From Halalkalibacterium halodurans (GTDB lineage Bacteria > Bacillota > Bacilli > Bacillales > Bacillaceae_D): a DNA stretch of 32,000 nucleotides. The notes beneath the pieces were generated by a model that did not search any database, was not told the origin of the DNA, and saw only the letters and a list, made by a program, of their open reading frames with translations. The DNA lies in NCBI RefSeq assembly GCF_004376175.1, contig NZ_SNUY01000009.1:30001-62000 (forward strand). Direction: 5' to 3'. The stretch's first letter is position 1, and the number at the start of each line of letters is the position of its first letter. Shown here piece after piece: positions 19,833 through 28,356 of this stretch. The position numbers and the translations under genes are program-made.

Positions 19833-21252
19833 ACATGGCCTTTGCTTTTTCCTTCCATTGTTCCACCTCTTGATCGGTTAGTTTCACGATGGAAAATCCA
19901 GTCCAAGCAAACAAAAGTGAAATAAACGGAACAATTAAATTAAATATCGCATAAGGACCGTATTCAAACGGGTGAACAGATAGGGTAGCAAAGATAAATA
20001 TGGCGCACGTATTCCAAGGAACAAAAACCGATGTGAGCGTCCCCCCATCCTCTACCGCACGCGATAAATTTTTCGGATGAAGTCTCTTTTCTCTAAAACT
20101 TTCCACATACATTCTTCCCGGAATAACAATGGAAATATATTGCTCGGCTGCTGTAATGTTCGTGAAAAACGCAGAACTGATAGCCGTCGTCAGCAATCCT
20201 TTTGCCGTCTTTGCGAGCATGAGAATTTTTGCTACGATCACCTTTAACATTCCTGTATTCTCTAGAACGCCCCCAAAGGTCATGGCCACTATCGTGAGGG
20301 AGACGGTATACATCATCGCCTCAATTCCACCACGATTAAAAAGCGTATCAATCATCTCATTCCCTGTTAGAATCACAAACCCGTCACTTAACGTATTTAC
20401 CGCATCTCCAACCGTTCCACCTTGAACGAAGATTTGCGATAAAAACCCGACCAGGACGCCCGCTGTTAAGGCTGGCAAAGCAGGAACCTTTTTAATGACG
20501 AGAAAAATGACACATGCAGGGATCAATAGCAACCATGGGGAAATGACAAAGCTTTCTTGCAACAGATTCATCACCTCTAAAATGCCTTGTTGCTCGACTG
20601 AATCTGCGCGAAAGCTTCTCCCTAGCACGGCATAGAAGACGAGCGCAATGACAAACCCAGGAATCGTCGTATAAAGCATATGTTTAATATGCTCAAATAA
20701 ATCAACACCTGTAATCCCAGCAGCAAGGTTGGTCGAGTCAGACAGGGGCGACATTTTATCGCCGAAGTAAGCGCCTGAGATGATGGCACCTGCGACCATC
20801 GGAGCAGGGATTCCCATACTGATACCAATCCCCATTCCCGCCACACCAATCGTTCCCATCGTCGACCATGAACTTCCGATAGCAAGGGAGACAATCGCTG
20901 TAATGACCGTAATTGATACTAAGAACAATGGTGGTGAGATCAGCTTAAGACCGTAATAGACCATTGTCGCAATGATCCCACCCCCGATCCACGCGCCAAT
21001 AATGACACCGACCATGATAATGATCACGATCGCCGGGAGCGCTAGACGGATCCCTTTGTAAAGTCCAGCCTCAATTTCCTTCCACGTAAAGCCCGCGCGC
21101 CAAGCAATAAAAGCTGCGACAACCGTCCCGACAATGAGCGGAATATGGGGGCTGCCTTCAAATACAATAATCGTAAAACCCATGGAGACAAACATGACGA
21201 GCAATGGAATGACAGATAGTCCGAATGAAATGTGTTTTTGATCAGTCTTCAT
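19831..21252 (-). CDS. NhaC-family membrane transporter (Na+/H+ antiporter family, TC 2.A.35)
   Basis: 473-aa polytopic protein with NhaC-like topology and sequence feel. It is the last gene of the rocF operon. AAGGGGA RBS precedes it. Confidence 0.8.
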   Translation of the reverse strand: MKTDQKHISFGLSVIPLLVMFVSMGFTIIVFEGSPHIPLIVGTVVAAFIAWRAGFTWKEIEAGLYKGIRLALPAIVIIIMVGVIIGAWIGGGIIATMVYYGLKLISPPLFLVSITVITAIVSLAIGSSWSTMGTIGVAGMGIGISMGIPAPMVAGAIISGAYFGDKMSPLSDSTNLAAGITGVDLFEHIKHMLYTTIPGFVIALVFYAVLGRSFRADSVEQQGILEVMNLLQESFVISPWLLLIPACVIFLVIKKVPALPALTAGVLVGFLSQIFVQGGTVGDAVNTLSDGFVILTGNEMIDTLFNRGGIEAMMYTVSLTIVAMTFGGVLENTGMLKVIVAKILMLAKTAKGLLTTAISSAFFTNITAAEQYISIVIPGRMYVESFREKRLHPKNLSRAVEDGGTLTSVFVPWNTCAIFIFATLSVHPFEYGPYAIFNLIVPFISLLFAWTGFSIVKLTDQEVEQWKEKAKAM

Positions 21253-21303
21253 TTGCTTTCCCCTTTTACATGTTTTCGATCATGATCGACCCCGAACGGA
21301 AAA

Positions 21304-21326
21304 GAGCTTGAGTCCTCCTCAAGCTC
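21304..21326 (-). terminator. Intra-operon hairpin between the YjiH-like and NhaC-like genes (attenuator or partial terminator candidate)
   Basis: On the minus strand, GAGCTTGAG-gagga-CTCAAGCTC is followed by TTTTCC. Confidence 0.45.
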
Positions 21327-21332
21327 AGAACG

Positions 21333-22715
21333 TTAAAAAATCAGGTGGGCCATTCCTACAATAATTGGTAACGTGATGATTGTTCGCAATAAGAAAATCA
21401 GGACAAGATCAATAAATTTAACGGGTAATTTTGAGGCGATAATCAGTCCGCCGACCTCAGACATATAAATCAATTGCGTAACTGACACGCAGGCAATGAC
21501 AAATCTCGTCAAATCACTTTCAATACCGCTCCCAATAATAGCTGGCAGGAACATGTCAGCAAAGCCGACGACCATTGTTTGCGCAGCTGCATGGGCTTCA
21601 GGTACTTGAAGCAGCTGTAGAATCGGTACAAACGGAGCACCCACGATTTTAAACAGGGACGTATACTCTGCGAAAATGACGGCCACCGTTCCGATCGCCA
21701 TAATGACTGGGATGACGGCAAACCACATATCAAATACATTTTTCATTCCGCCTTGAAGCAAGTTCTTCACACTACGATTTTGCCTAGCTCTCTCTAACGC
21801 TTTTGTCATTCCATAGGCAAACATCCCCCGCCCCTTTGAAGCGCTTTCATCAAATCGATCAGGATTTTCTACCAAATACGTATCCCGCTTTCGTGACAAA
21901 GGCGGTATTCTCGGGAGAATGATCGCCGCTGCAAGGCCTGCAAGCACAATCGTCAAATAGTACGGAAGAAAGAGATGCTCTAAGTCCATATACGCTAAGA
22001 CGACAATGCTGAACGTAATCGAGACAACAGAAAATGTCGTACTAATAACAGCTGCTTCTCGTTGTGTGTAAAAGCCTTCTTCGTATTGTTTGTTCGTCAG
22101 CAAGACACCAATCGTCCCGTCCCCCATCCACGAAGCCAAACAATCAATCGAAGAACGCCCTGGCAGCGTAAAGACCGGACGCATGAATTTATTTAATAAC
22201 ACGCCGAACAGCTCGAGTAATCCGAAGTTTAATAGGAACGGAAGAAAGAGTCCAGCAAATAAAAAGATCGTGAACAACAGCGGCAAAAGATCGTACAACA
22301 ACAATGCACCCGTTCCTTCAGACCATACCGCTTCCGGTCCGAGTTGGAGCAACGTCATGAACGCAAAAATGAAACCGAGCACCCGGACAACTAACCACAT
22401 CGGATGGATGACGAATAAACTTTTCAAAAGTCCATTTTTCATAAACAAATTTGGCTTGAATAGTGTGGCCACACAGGACAACACGACGACGATGGCAAGC
22501 ATGATCGTAAGGATAGCCGGCAAATGATCGTCCAGTGCTCCTTGCAGCTGTTTCGCTAAAAACGCGACAGGAATCGTAATTGCGTTGTCTTTTTGGATTG
22601 GTACCATAAATAGACCTACACCAATGATCGACGGAATGAGAAACCATAAATAGTCCTTCAAACCTTTGCCTCGATTTTCTACAGTTTCTTTCCGTTGTAC
22701 TTCTTCAACCCCCAT
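21333..22715 (-). CDS. YjiH-like membrane protein with nucleoside-recognition (Gate) domains; putative transporter
   Basis: 460-aa polytopic protein. The family assignment is from memory of YjiH/Gate-domain proteins. It sits 33 nt downstream of rocF. Confidence 0.6.
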   Translation of the reverse strand: MGVEEVQRKETVENRGKGLKDYLWFLIPSIIGVGLFMVPIQKDNAITIPVAFLAKQLQGALDDHLPAILTIMLAIVVVLSCVATLFKPNLFMKNGLLKSLFVIHPMWLVVRVLGFIFAFMTLLQLGPEAVWSEGTGALLLYDLLPLLFTIFLFAGLFLPFLLNFGLLELFGVLLNKFMRPVFTLPGRSSIDCLASWMGDGTIGVLLTNKQYEEGFYTQREAAVISTTFSVVSITFSIVVLAYMDLEHLFLPYYLTIVLAGLAAAIILPRIPPLSRKRDTYLVENPDRFDESASKGRGMFAYGMTKALERARQNRSVKNLLQGGMKNVFDMWFAVIPVIMAIGTVAVIFAEYTSLFKIVGAPFVPILQLLQVPEAHAAAQTMVVGFADMFLPAIIGSGIESDLTRFVIACVSVTQLIYMSEVGGLIIASKLPVKFIDLVLIFLLRTIITLPIIVGMAHLIF

Positions 22716-22748
22716 AAAATCTCCCCCTTTTTTCCCGCTAATCGAACG

Positions 22749-23654
22749 TTAGAGTAGCTTCTTTCCTAAAAGCGAGGTCACTAACGCAACCGCCACGTTT
22801 GCCGTTTGGTTTTTGTTATCGAGAATTGGATTAATCTCCACGAATTCAGCTGACGTAATCAATTCCGATTCCGCGAGCATTTCCAGGGCTAAATGACTCT
22901 CCCGATACGAAATCCCCCCTAATACCGGTGTGCCTACCCCTGGTGCATCGACTGGATCAATCCCATCCAAATCAAAGCTTAAATGGACGCCATCGGTGCG
23001 GGCAGAAAGATAGTCAATCGTCTCTTCAATCACTCTCGTCATGCCCATTCGATCAACTTCGTGCATCGTATAAACTTTAATGCCTTGTTCCCTAATGAGT
23101 TGCCGTTCTCCCTCATCGATCGAGCGAGCCCCGATAATGACAATATGTTCAGGTTTCACTTTCGGAGTAATGCCCCCTATGTTCATTAACCGCTCATGCC
23201 CGATGCCAAGATTAACCGCCAACGGCATCCCATGAATATTTCCAGATGGTGATGTCTCTTCTGTATTTAAATCCGGATGGGCATCATACCAAATGACCCC
23301 AAGGTTATTGTAGCTTTTTCTGATACCTGCAATCGAACCGATGCTAATGCTATGGTCGCCGCCTAAAATGAGAGGGAAGCTATGCTCTGCTTCGATTGCC
23401 GCAACCCCTTTGCACAACTCCTCACTCACCTTTACAACTTCATCCAGATTTCTGAGCGGCCCCTCCTGAGTCTCACTCGTTGCTGGGCGATTGATCGGAA
23501 TATCCCCATAATCTTTTACTTCAAACCCAAGGGCCTCAATCTCTTCAATTAACCCGGCATATCGCATCGCGCTCGGTCCCATATCAACCCCTCGACGCTT
23601 CTGTCCTAAATCCATTGGCACTCCAATAATCGAAACTTTTTGAAATTTGTTCAT
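22749..23654 (-). CDS. rocF: Arginase
   Basis: [29 protein letters not shown]..., GGDHS, DAHPD and SFDLDGIDP match recalled B. subtilis RocF. ATG 23654 lies 7 nt after GAGAGGAG. The longer ORF-track start at 23720 would overlap the sigma-54 promoter. Confidence 0.95.
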   Translation of the reverse strand: MNKFQKVSIIGVPMDLGQKRRGVDMGPSAMRYAGLIEEIEALGFEVKDYGDIPINRPATSETQEGPLRNLDEVVKVSEELCKGVAAIEAEHSFPLILGGDHSISIGSIAGIRKSYNNLGVIWYDAHPDLNTEETSPSGNIHGMPLAVNLGIGHERLMNIGGITPKVKPEHIVIIGARSIDEGERQLIREQGIKVYTMHEVDRMGMTRVIEETIDYLSARTDGVHLSFDLDGIDPVDAPGVGTPVLGGISYRESHLALEMLAESELITSAEFVEINPILDNKNQTANVAVALVTSLLGKKLL

Positions 23655-23703
23655 CCTATGACTCCTCTCTAGATCGCAAACATGTATGTCTATCTCCTTC
23701 ATT

Positions 23704-23719
23704 TGCAAAAACTGTGCCA
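23704..23719 (-). promoter_or_regulatory. Sigma-54 (-24/-12) promoter of the rocF operon
   Basis: The minus strand reads TGGCACAGTTTTTGCA. It lies about 50 nt upstream of the rocF ATG. Confidence 0.85.
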
Positions 23720-23804
23720 ATTAATAATAGACAAAACAGATAGAAAAATAGATTAAACCCACGATACAATCTTTTCGTTTAGCCAAATTTTCTGTCACTT
23801 CCAA

Positions 23805-23821
23805 CGAAAAAATTTTTTGCG
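23805..23821. promoter_or_regulatory. Candidate RocR enhancer (UAS) palindrome
   Basis: CGAAAAAATTTTTTGCG lies about 86-100 bp upstream of the -24 element, with A-tract DNA between them. Confidence 0.4.
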
Positions 23822-23974
23822 TTGTTATGAAAGAAGTCCTTTATTAATAAAATATTCGAGAAAGAAGGGCCCTTATGATGGTACGCGCTCTAGTAAACGG
23901 TAAATCAACTTATATGCCTTACCATCTGCTCTAGTCTACATTGACAACATTATCCATCTATGACACTATGATAA

Positions 23975-23987
23975 TGAAAGCGCTTCA
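23975..23987. promoter_or_regulatory. cre-like (CcpA) near-palindrome in the bdhA upstream region
   Basis: TGAAAGCGCTTCA is one base short of a perfect TGAAAGCGCTTTCA. A TTGACA -35-like hexamer lies at 23941. Confidence 0.25.
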
Positions 23988-24024
23988 ATTAATGCAATAA
24001 ATTTCTTTAAAGGGGGTCCTTTAT

Positions 24025-25077
24025 TTGCAGGCTTTAAGATGGCATGGAGTAAAAGACGTAAGAGTTGACGACATCGCAGAACCTGCAACGCTTAAAGGGA
24101 AAGTAAAGATTAAAGTGAAATGGTGTGGCATTTGTGGAAGTGATCTTCATGAGTATGCGGCCGGTCCAATCTTTATTCCACAAAATAGCCCTCATTCTCT
24201 AACGGAAGAAAAAGCTCCGATTGTGATGGGCCATGAGTTTTCTGGACAAGTGGTGGAAGTAGGCGATGGTGTGACCAAATGTGAAGAGGGCGACCGTGTA
24301 GTGGTCGAGCCGATTTTTGCTTGTGGTACTTGTACCGCCTGCAAGCAAGGAAAGTATAATCTTTGCGAGCAATTAGGGTTCCTCGGTTTAGCTGGAGGTG
24401 GAGGTGGTTTCTCGGAATATGTGACAGTAGACGAGCACATGGTTCACAAAATTCCGGACACTGTATCCTTCGAGCAAGGGGCCTTAGTCGAGCCCGCCGC
24501 CGTTGCCTTATATGCGGTCCGCCAGAGCCAGTTTAATGTCGGTGACCAAGCGGTTGTATTCGGTACAGGCCCAATCGGATTATTGGTTATTGAAGCGCTT
24601 AAAGCTTCGGGGGCCTCAAAGATTTACGCAGTAGAACTCTCAACCGAACGGAGACAGAGAGCAGAACAATTAGGTGCCATTGCCCTGAACCCAGCGGAAG
24701 TAAATGTAGTGGAAAAAATTCAGCGTCTAACCGATGGCGGTGCTGATGTGTCCTTTGAAGTAACCGGTGTCCCTATTGTCTTAACACAGGCGATCGAGTC
24801 CACCAAGCTAAACGGGCAAACGATGATTGTGAGCATCTTTGAAAAAGAAGCCTCTTTTCAACCAAACCTAGTTGTCATGCGAGAACGAAACATTGCAGGG
24901 ATTATTGGCTACCGCGACATTTTCCCAGCGGTCATCAGCTTGATGAATCAAGGCTACTTTTCCGCTGAGACGTTAGTCACCAAGCGGATCGGCCTACATG
25001 ACATTGTAGAGCAAGGCTTCGAGGCTTTAATGAAAGAAAAAAGTCAGGTGAAAATATTGGTTTCCCCTGATCGCTAA
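24025..25077 (+). CDS. bdhA: (R,R)-2,3-butanediol / acetoin dehydrogenase, Zn-dependent MDR family
   Basis: Very similar to recalled B. subtilis BdhA (KVKIKVKWCGICGSDLHEY, GFLGLAGGGGGFSEY, KSQVKILV). It uses a TTG start 7 nt after AAGGGGG. Confidence 0.9.
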   Translation: MQALRWHGVKDVRVDDIAEPATLKGKVKIKVKWCGICGSDLHEYAAGPIFIPQNSPHSLTEEKAPIVMGHEFSGQVVEVGDGVTKCEEGDRVVVEPIFACGTCTACKQGKYNLCEQLGFLGLAGGGGGFSEYVTVDEHMVHKIPDTVSFEQGALVEPAAVALYAVRQSQFNVGDQAVVFGTGPIGLLVIEALKASGASKIYAVELSTERRQRAEQLGAIALNPAEVNVVEKIQRLTDGGADVSFEVTGVPIVLTQAIESTKLNGQTMIVSIFEKEASFQPNLVVMRERNIAGIIGYRDIFPAVISLMNQGYFSAETLVTKRIGLHDIVEQGFEALMKEKSQVKILVSPDR

Positions 25078-25091
25078 TCCAAAACATGATG

Positions 25092-25120
25092 AAAGAGCCT
25101 GTCACCCTAGCAGGCTCTTT
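25092..25120. terminator. Bidirectional terminator between bdhA and the convergent HExxH gene
   Basis: AAAGAGCCTG-tcaccctag-CAGGCTCTTT form a 10-bp stem with A and T flanks. Confidence 0.75.
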
Positions 25121-25977
25121 CATCGTTTAAACCACCGCTCTACCTCTTCTCGAAAACGCCCCTCTTTCCAAGCAGTAATCGCATTCCGCTCACCTTTTGT
25201 TTTGATGAAATGCTGAAATAACAAATCCCCGACCAAATAGCCTAGCCGATTATATCCAAACCGATTTCCGCCATTAATCGAAAACCATTCGTGAAACATG
25301 GATTGGCTCGTTTCCTGTACATAATCATGAGCAAATGCGCTTTTGACCGCATGGGTATTTTCCTTAAAAAAACGTAACCACTCCTCCCCTTCAGCATCAA
25401 AGGAAAAGTACATTGCAGGTGGAAGTTGAGGCACTATTTGCCGTGAAAAGTGTATCGCAGCTCCTTCTTGATATAGCCAAATTAGCGGGCTATCCCACTG
25501 CACTTTTCCCCAGTCCATACCGGCTTCAGACGAAAGGATGTTATGCGCAACATGACCAAATTCATGGGCGACGATCGCCTGCAAATGCTCAACCTTCGGA
25601 GACAGCCTTTCTAAAGCAAACGTAACGTCAGGGATAATTTGCCGATGTGTATACGCATTCGAGCCATAGCCACCAACGATCAGATTTACTTCAGTCGGAA
25701 ACGTCACCTGATAGAGTCGACCGTATTCCTCCACTACCTCCTCAATTATCGGGATGATCGCTCTGCGCACCTGCTGAATAGCTAACAACGACTCGGGATA
25801 TTTTGCAAGTGATTGGTCATGCCTCTCCTCCGTATCTTTGCAGTGGTAGGCAAAATATTCGTTAAAAATTTTAGGGTATTGACTGTAATAGTGTTTTAAA
25901 AAAGCTAGCGAAGACTCGTAGTATTTAAGGAAGAATGGAACCGTATCGATAATCTTCAAAAGAACACCTCCGCTCAT
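25120..25977 (-). CDS. Putative zinc metallopeptidase-like protein (HExxH; possibly DUF2268/YjaZ-like)
   Basis: It carries the AHEFGHVAHN motif. The start is uncertain: ATG 25977, or TTG 25959 which follows GGAGGTG. The longer ORF-track start would overlap the padR promoter. Confidence 0.55.
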   Translation of the reverse strand: MSGGVLLKIIDTVPFFLKYYESSLAFLKHYYSQYPKIFNEYFAYHCKDTEERHDQSLAKYPESLLAIQQVRRAIIPIIEEVVEEYGRLYQVTFPTEVNLIVGGYGSNAYTHRQIIPDVTFALERLSPKVEHLQAIVAHEFGHVAHNILSSEAGMDWGKVQWDSPLIWLYQEGAAIHFSRQIVPQLPPAMYFSFDAEGEEWLRFFKENTHAVKSAFAHDYVQETSQSMFHEWFSINGGNRFGYNRLGYLVGDLLFQHFIKTKGERNAITAWKEGRFREEVERWFKR

Positions 25978-25988
25978 TTTTTTAATGA

Positions 25989-26017
25989 TTGCTTTAATGA
26001 AACTCATACCGTATAAT
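25989..26017 (+). promoter_or_regulatory. Sigma-A-type promoter of the padR operon
   Basis: TTGCTT, a 17-nt spacer, then TATAAT. Confidence 0.45.
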
Positions 26018-26034
26018 ATATCTAAATGATATAT
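26016..26034. promoter_or_regulatory. Inverted repeat overlapping the -10 and start region; candidate PadR operator
   Basis: ATATATC-taaat-GATATAT, 7-bp perfect arms. Confidence 0.35.
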
Positions 26035-26058
26035 ATCCAAAAGATATGGTGAGGACAG

Positions 26059-26613
26059 TTGAAAAAATATAATCATACCACCTACGCGATTCTTGGCATT
26101 TTAACGACCGATTGTAAGTCAGGCTATGCCATTAAACAACTGATTGATCAAAGCTTAAATCACTTCTGGAAAATAAGTTATGGGCAAATCTATCCGACTT
26201 TAAAAAAAATCGTTGAAGATGGATTAGCGGAAGTGCGAACGTCGGCAACCGAAGGAAAACCAGATCGAAATGAGTATTTCCTCACACCTAAAGGAATCGA
26301 AACATTGAAACGCTGGCTCGAACAACCTGTAGAGCAACTTCCTGTAGAGCGAAATGAAGTTTTACTTAAATTGTTTTTTGGCCGTTATCAATCAAAGCAA
26401 AGTACAACAAGAGTGTTAGAGGATTACAAACAAAAGCTAGAAGAACGTTACCAAACATATGTAAACGTCGAACAAGCGATTAAAAGCCATGACGCAAATC
26501 AAGAAGACGCCTGGTATTGGCTCTGCACATTAGACTATGGGAAACGTGCCACACTGGCAGCCATCGATTGGTGCACAGCTTCTCTTGAAACGTTCAAGCG
26601 AAAGGAGAACTAA
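26059..26613 (+). CDS. PadR-family transcriptional regulator with a C-terminal extension
   Basis: YAILGILTTDCKSGYAIKQLI...WKISYGQIYPTLKKIVEDGL is a typical PadR winged helix. It uses a TTG start. Confidence 0.85.
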   Translation: MKKYNHTTYAILGILTTDCKSGYAIKQLIDQSLNHFWKISYGQIYPTLKKIVEDGLAEVRTSATEGKPDRNEYFLTPKGIETLKRWLEQPVEQLPVERNEVLLKLFFGRYQSKQSTTRVLEDYKQKLEERYQTYVNVEQAIKSHDANQEDAWYWLCTLDYGKRATLAAIDWCTASLETFKRKEN

Positions 26614-26617
26614 GGTT

Positions 26618-27091
26618 ATGAGCAAATCGATTTTCACCGGCCGATATACAACGGAAAATGACAACGATGTTGTTGTTTTCATCATCGGGATGAGGGTAAA
26701 CAAGCGGTGGGCACTGGGTAAATGGCTGCCTGTGTTCATGGCCATGCCCGGAATGCTTAAAGAGCTCCATGAAAATAAGGAAGAATTAGGATTTTTATCA
26801 ATGGAAAGCTACTTTGGTTTGCGGACGGTAGCCTTGATACAATACTGGCGATCAACGGATGATTTGACAGCCTATGCAAGAAACGAGAAACATTTAACCG
26901 CATGGAAAAACTTTAATCAAAAGGTTGGGGACAATGACGCTGTCGGCATCTATCATGAAACGTACCGGCTAAAAGCGGGGCAGTATGAATCGGTTTATGG
27001 CAACATGCCCTTATATGGTTTAGGAAAAGCGTTGCCTCATATTCCTATTACGCCCGACATTAATTCGGCGCAAAAGCGACTAAGAGGGTAG
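26618..27091 (+). CDS. DUF4188-like protein (157 aa)
   Basis: AAGGAGA lies 9 nt upstream of ATG 26618. VVVFIIGMRVNKRWALGKWLPVFMAMPGMLKEL matches my recollection of DUF4188 proteins commonly paired with PadR or MarR regulators. Confidence 0.65.
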   Translation: MSKSIFTGRYTTENDNDVVVFIIGMRVNKRWALGKWLPVFMAMPGMLKELHENKEELGFLSMESYFGLRTVALIQYWRSTDDLTAYARNEKHLTAWKNFNQKVGDNDAVGIYHETYRLKAGQYESVYGNMPLYGLGKALPHIPITPDINSAQKRLRG

Positions 27092-27154
27092 ATTCGAAGC
27101 TTACGAAGTTTTTTCTACGCCTCTTTTTCGTTTCTGTGAATAGACACATCGGTG

Positions 27155-27361
27155 TTATTCCTTGCTCTTCCCAATCAATGGAACAATATGTAAGAACTCT
27201 TCAATGCTTTTCAAAAGGAAATGAGGTGCAACTGAAAACTCTAAGGTTTGGTATTCTGGTAACCATTGCACACCTACAGTACGGACGTTAGCTTGCATGC
27301 CAGCATGAATATCGGCACCACTGTTTACCAAATACTTTTTCAAAGTAGTCAGGCCCTCCCT
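27155..27361 (-). pseudogene. C-terminal remnant of a HAD-superfamily phosphatase
   Basis: ...YLVNSGADIHAGMQANVRTVGVQW... corresponds to HAD motif IV (GDxxxDIxAG) and the C-terminal strand. The roughly 150 N-terminal residues, including the DxD motif, have no room because the methyltransferase stop is at 27411. Confidence 0.6.
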
Positions 27362-27410
27362 TTAAAACAAAAAACACGGGTTAACCTCCTTCTACAGTCC
27401 CTACATTTCA

Positions 27411-28178
27411 CTAAGAACTTTTTTTACAAACATAGATCATTTGGTCGCTATCTCTTGTTAAAGGGGTTTCCTGCCAATCCTGATACACATCAATTATTTC
27501 AAAGCCATTGGCGCTTAGAAGTCTTTCCATCTCCTTTGGAAATACGTACCGTAAACGAATGTTCGTTCTTTTTTCATTTACAGCTAGACCCTCCGCATTT
27601 ACAGATTTCCTGATCATGGTGTAGTGCTGTATTTGCGTTAGAGGGTCATACTGGCTGATTGTGTAAACGTCTACCTTCTGTCCTGTGTCTGTATCCTGAT
27701 AGCTTTTCCAATACTCCTCTGTACTAGGTTGTAACAGTTCCTCTTTGCTTGGGAACCTTGTATCGAAAATAAAAATGCCGCTCTCCTTTAAATGTTTATT
27801 CACAGACGTTAAAAAACTGTCCTGCTCCTCGTTTGTTAGAAAGTGTTGAAAGACGTTCCCAACGGAATAAATAAACGGACTCATAAGGTTCAAACTCAGC
27901 TTAGTACAATCTTGCTTAATCCATTCAATGGGCAGGTTGAGTCGCGACGATTTTTCTCTAGCGGCTTCCAGCATCCCTTTATGTACGTCGACGCCCATCA
28001 GTTTGTAGCCCTTGCTTGCTAATGGAATCGTCGCTCTTCCTGTCCCACAGGCTAAATCAACAATCGTTCCATCCACTTTCCCCGCCCATTTTAATAAAAA
28101 AGGAATGTCTCCTGTATAACGGTTCTCTTTATCGTATAAAACGGGATCATTATATTCTTGAAAATTTTCCAGCTCCAT
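27411..28178 (-). CDS. Class I SAM-dependent methyltransferase
   Basis: VDLACGTGRATIPLA is motif I, followed by GVDVHKGML. AAAGGAG RBS lies 8 nt upstream. Confidence 0.85.
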   Translation of the reverse strand: MELENFQEYNDPVLYDKENRYTGDIPFLLKWAGKVDGTIVDLACGTGRATIPLASKGYKLMGVDVHKGMLEAAREKSSRLNLPIEWIKQDCTKLSLNLMSPFIYSVGNVFQHFLTNEEQDSFLTSVNKHLKESGIFIFDTRFPSKEELLQPSTEEYWKSYQDTDTGQKVDVYTISQYDPLTQIQHYTMIRKSVNAEGLAVNEKRTNIRLRYVFPKEMERLLSANGFEIIDVYQDWQETPLTRDSDQMIYVCKKSS

Positions 28179-28219
28179 GTGTCATGCTCCTTTCATAGGA
28201 TTAAGAATGTTCCGCCCTC

Positions 28220-28233
28220 TTGACTTAAGTCAA
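28220..28233. repeat. Perfect 14-bp palindrome TTGACTTAAGTCAA
   Basis: Read directly from the sequence. It lies about 40 bp upstream of the methyltransferase start. Function is unknown; it may be an operator. Confidence 0.9.
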
Positions 28234-28356
28234 TGATCGATACCTCAGCTTCCCCGTACAACGAAGGTAACATTCGAAACGGGGGTTATCATATGGCTAC
28301 CTTTGAAAAAAACGCATCTCAACGAAAGTCGCCATTATTATGTATAATAGAATCAT

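Noticed and set aside
19680-19925. 81-aa (+) and 61-aa (-) ORFs in the rocR / nhaC-like convergent spacer
   Set aside because: They have no RBS, overlap each other and the nhaC-like 3' end, and show no family resemblance. The ~250 bp between the rocR stop and the terminator at 19806 remains unexplained, but I see no convincing structure or gene.
23786-23800. CodY-box-like AATTTTCTGTCACTT upstream of rocF
   Set aside because: Only the left half matches AATTTTCWGAAAATT. The right half has too many mismatches to call.
27343-27377. Second frameshift in the HAD remnant (a KGGPDYFEKV-like segment in another frame after AAGGAGG-N7-GTG)
   Set aside because: That segment uses the same nucleotides as the in-frame ...GLTTLKKYLVNSGADI, which already aligns acceptably with the HAD region preceding motif IV. 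The alternative-frame similarity is too weak to claim.
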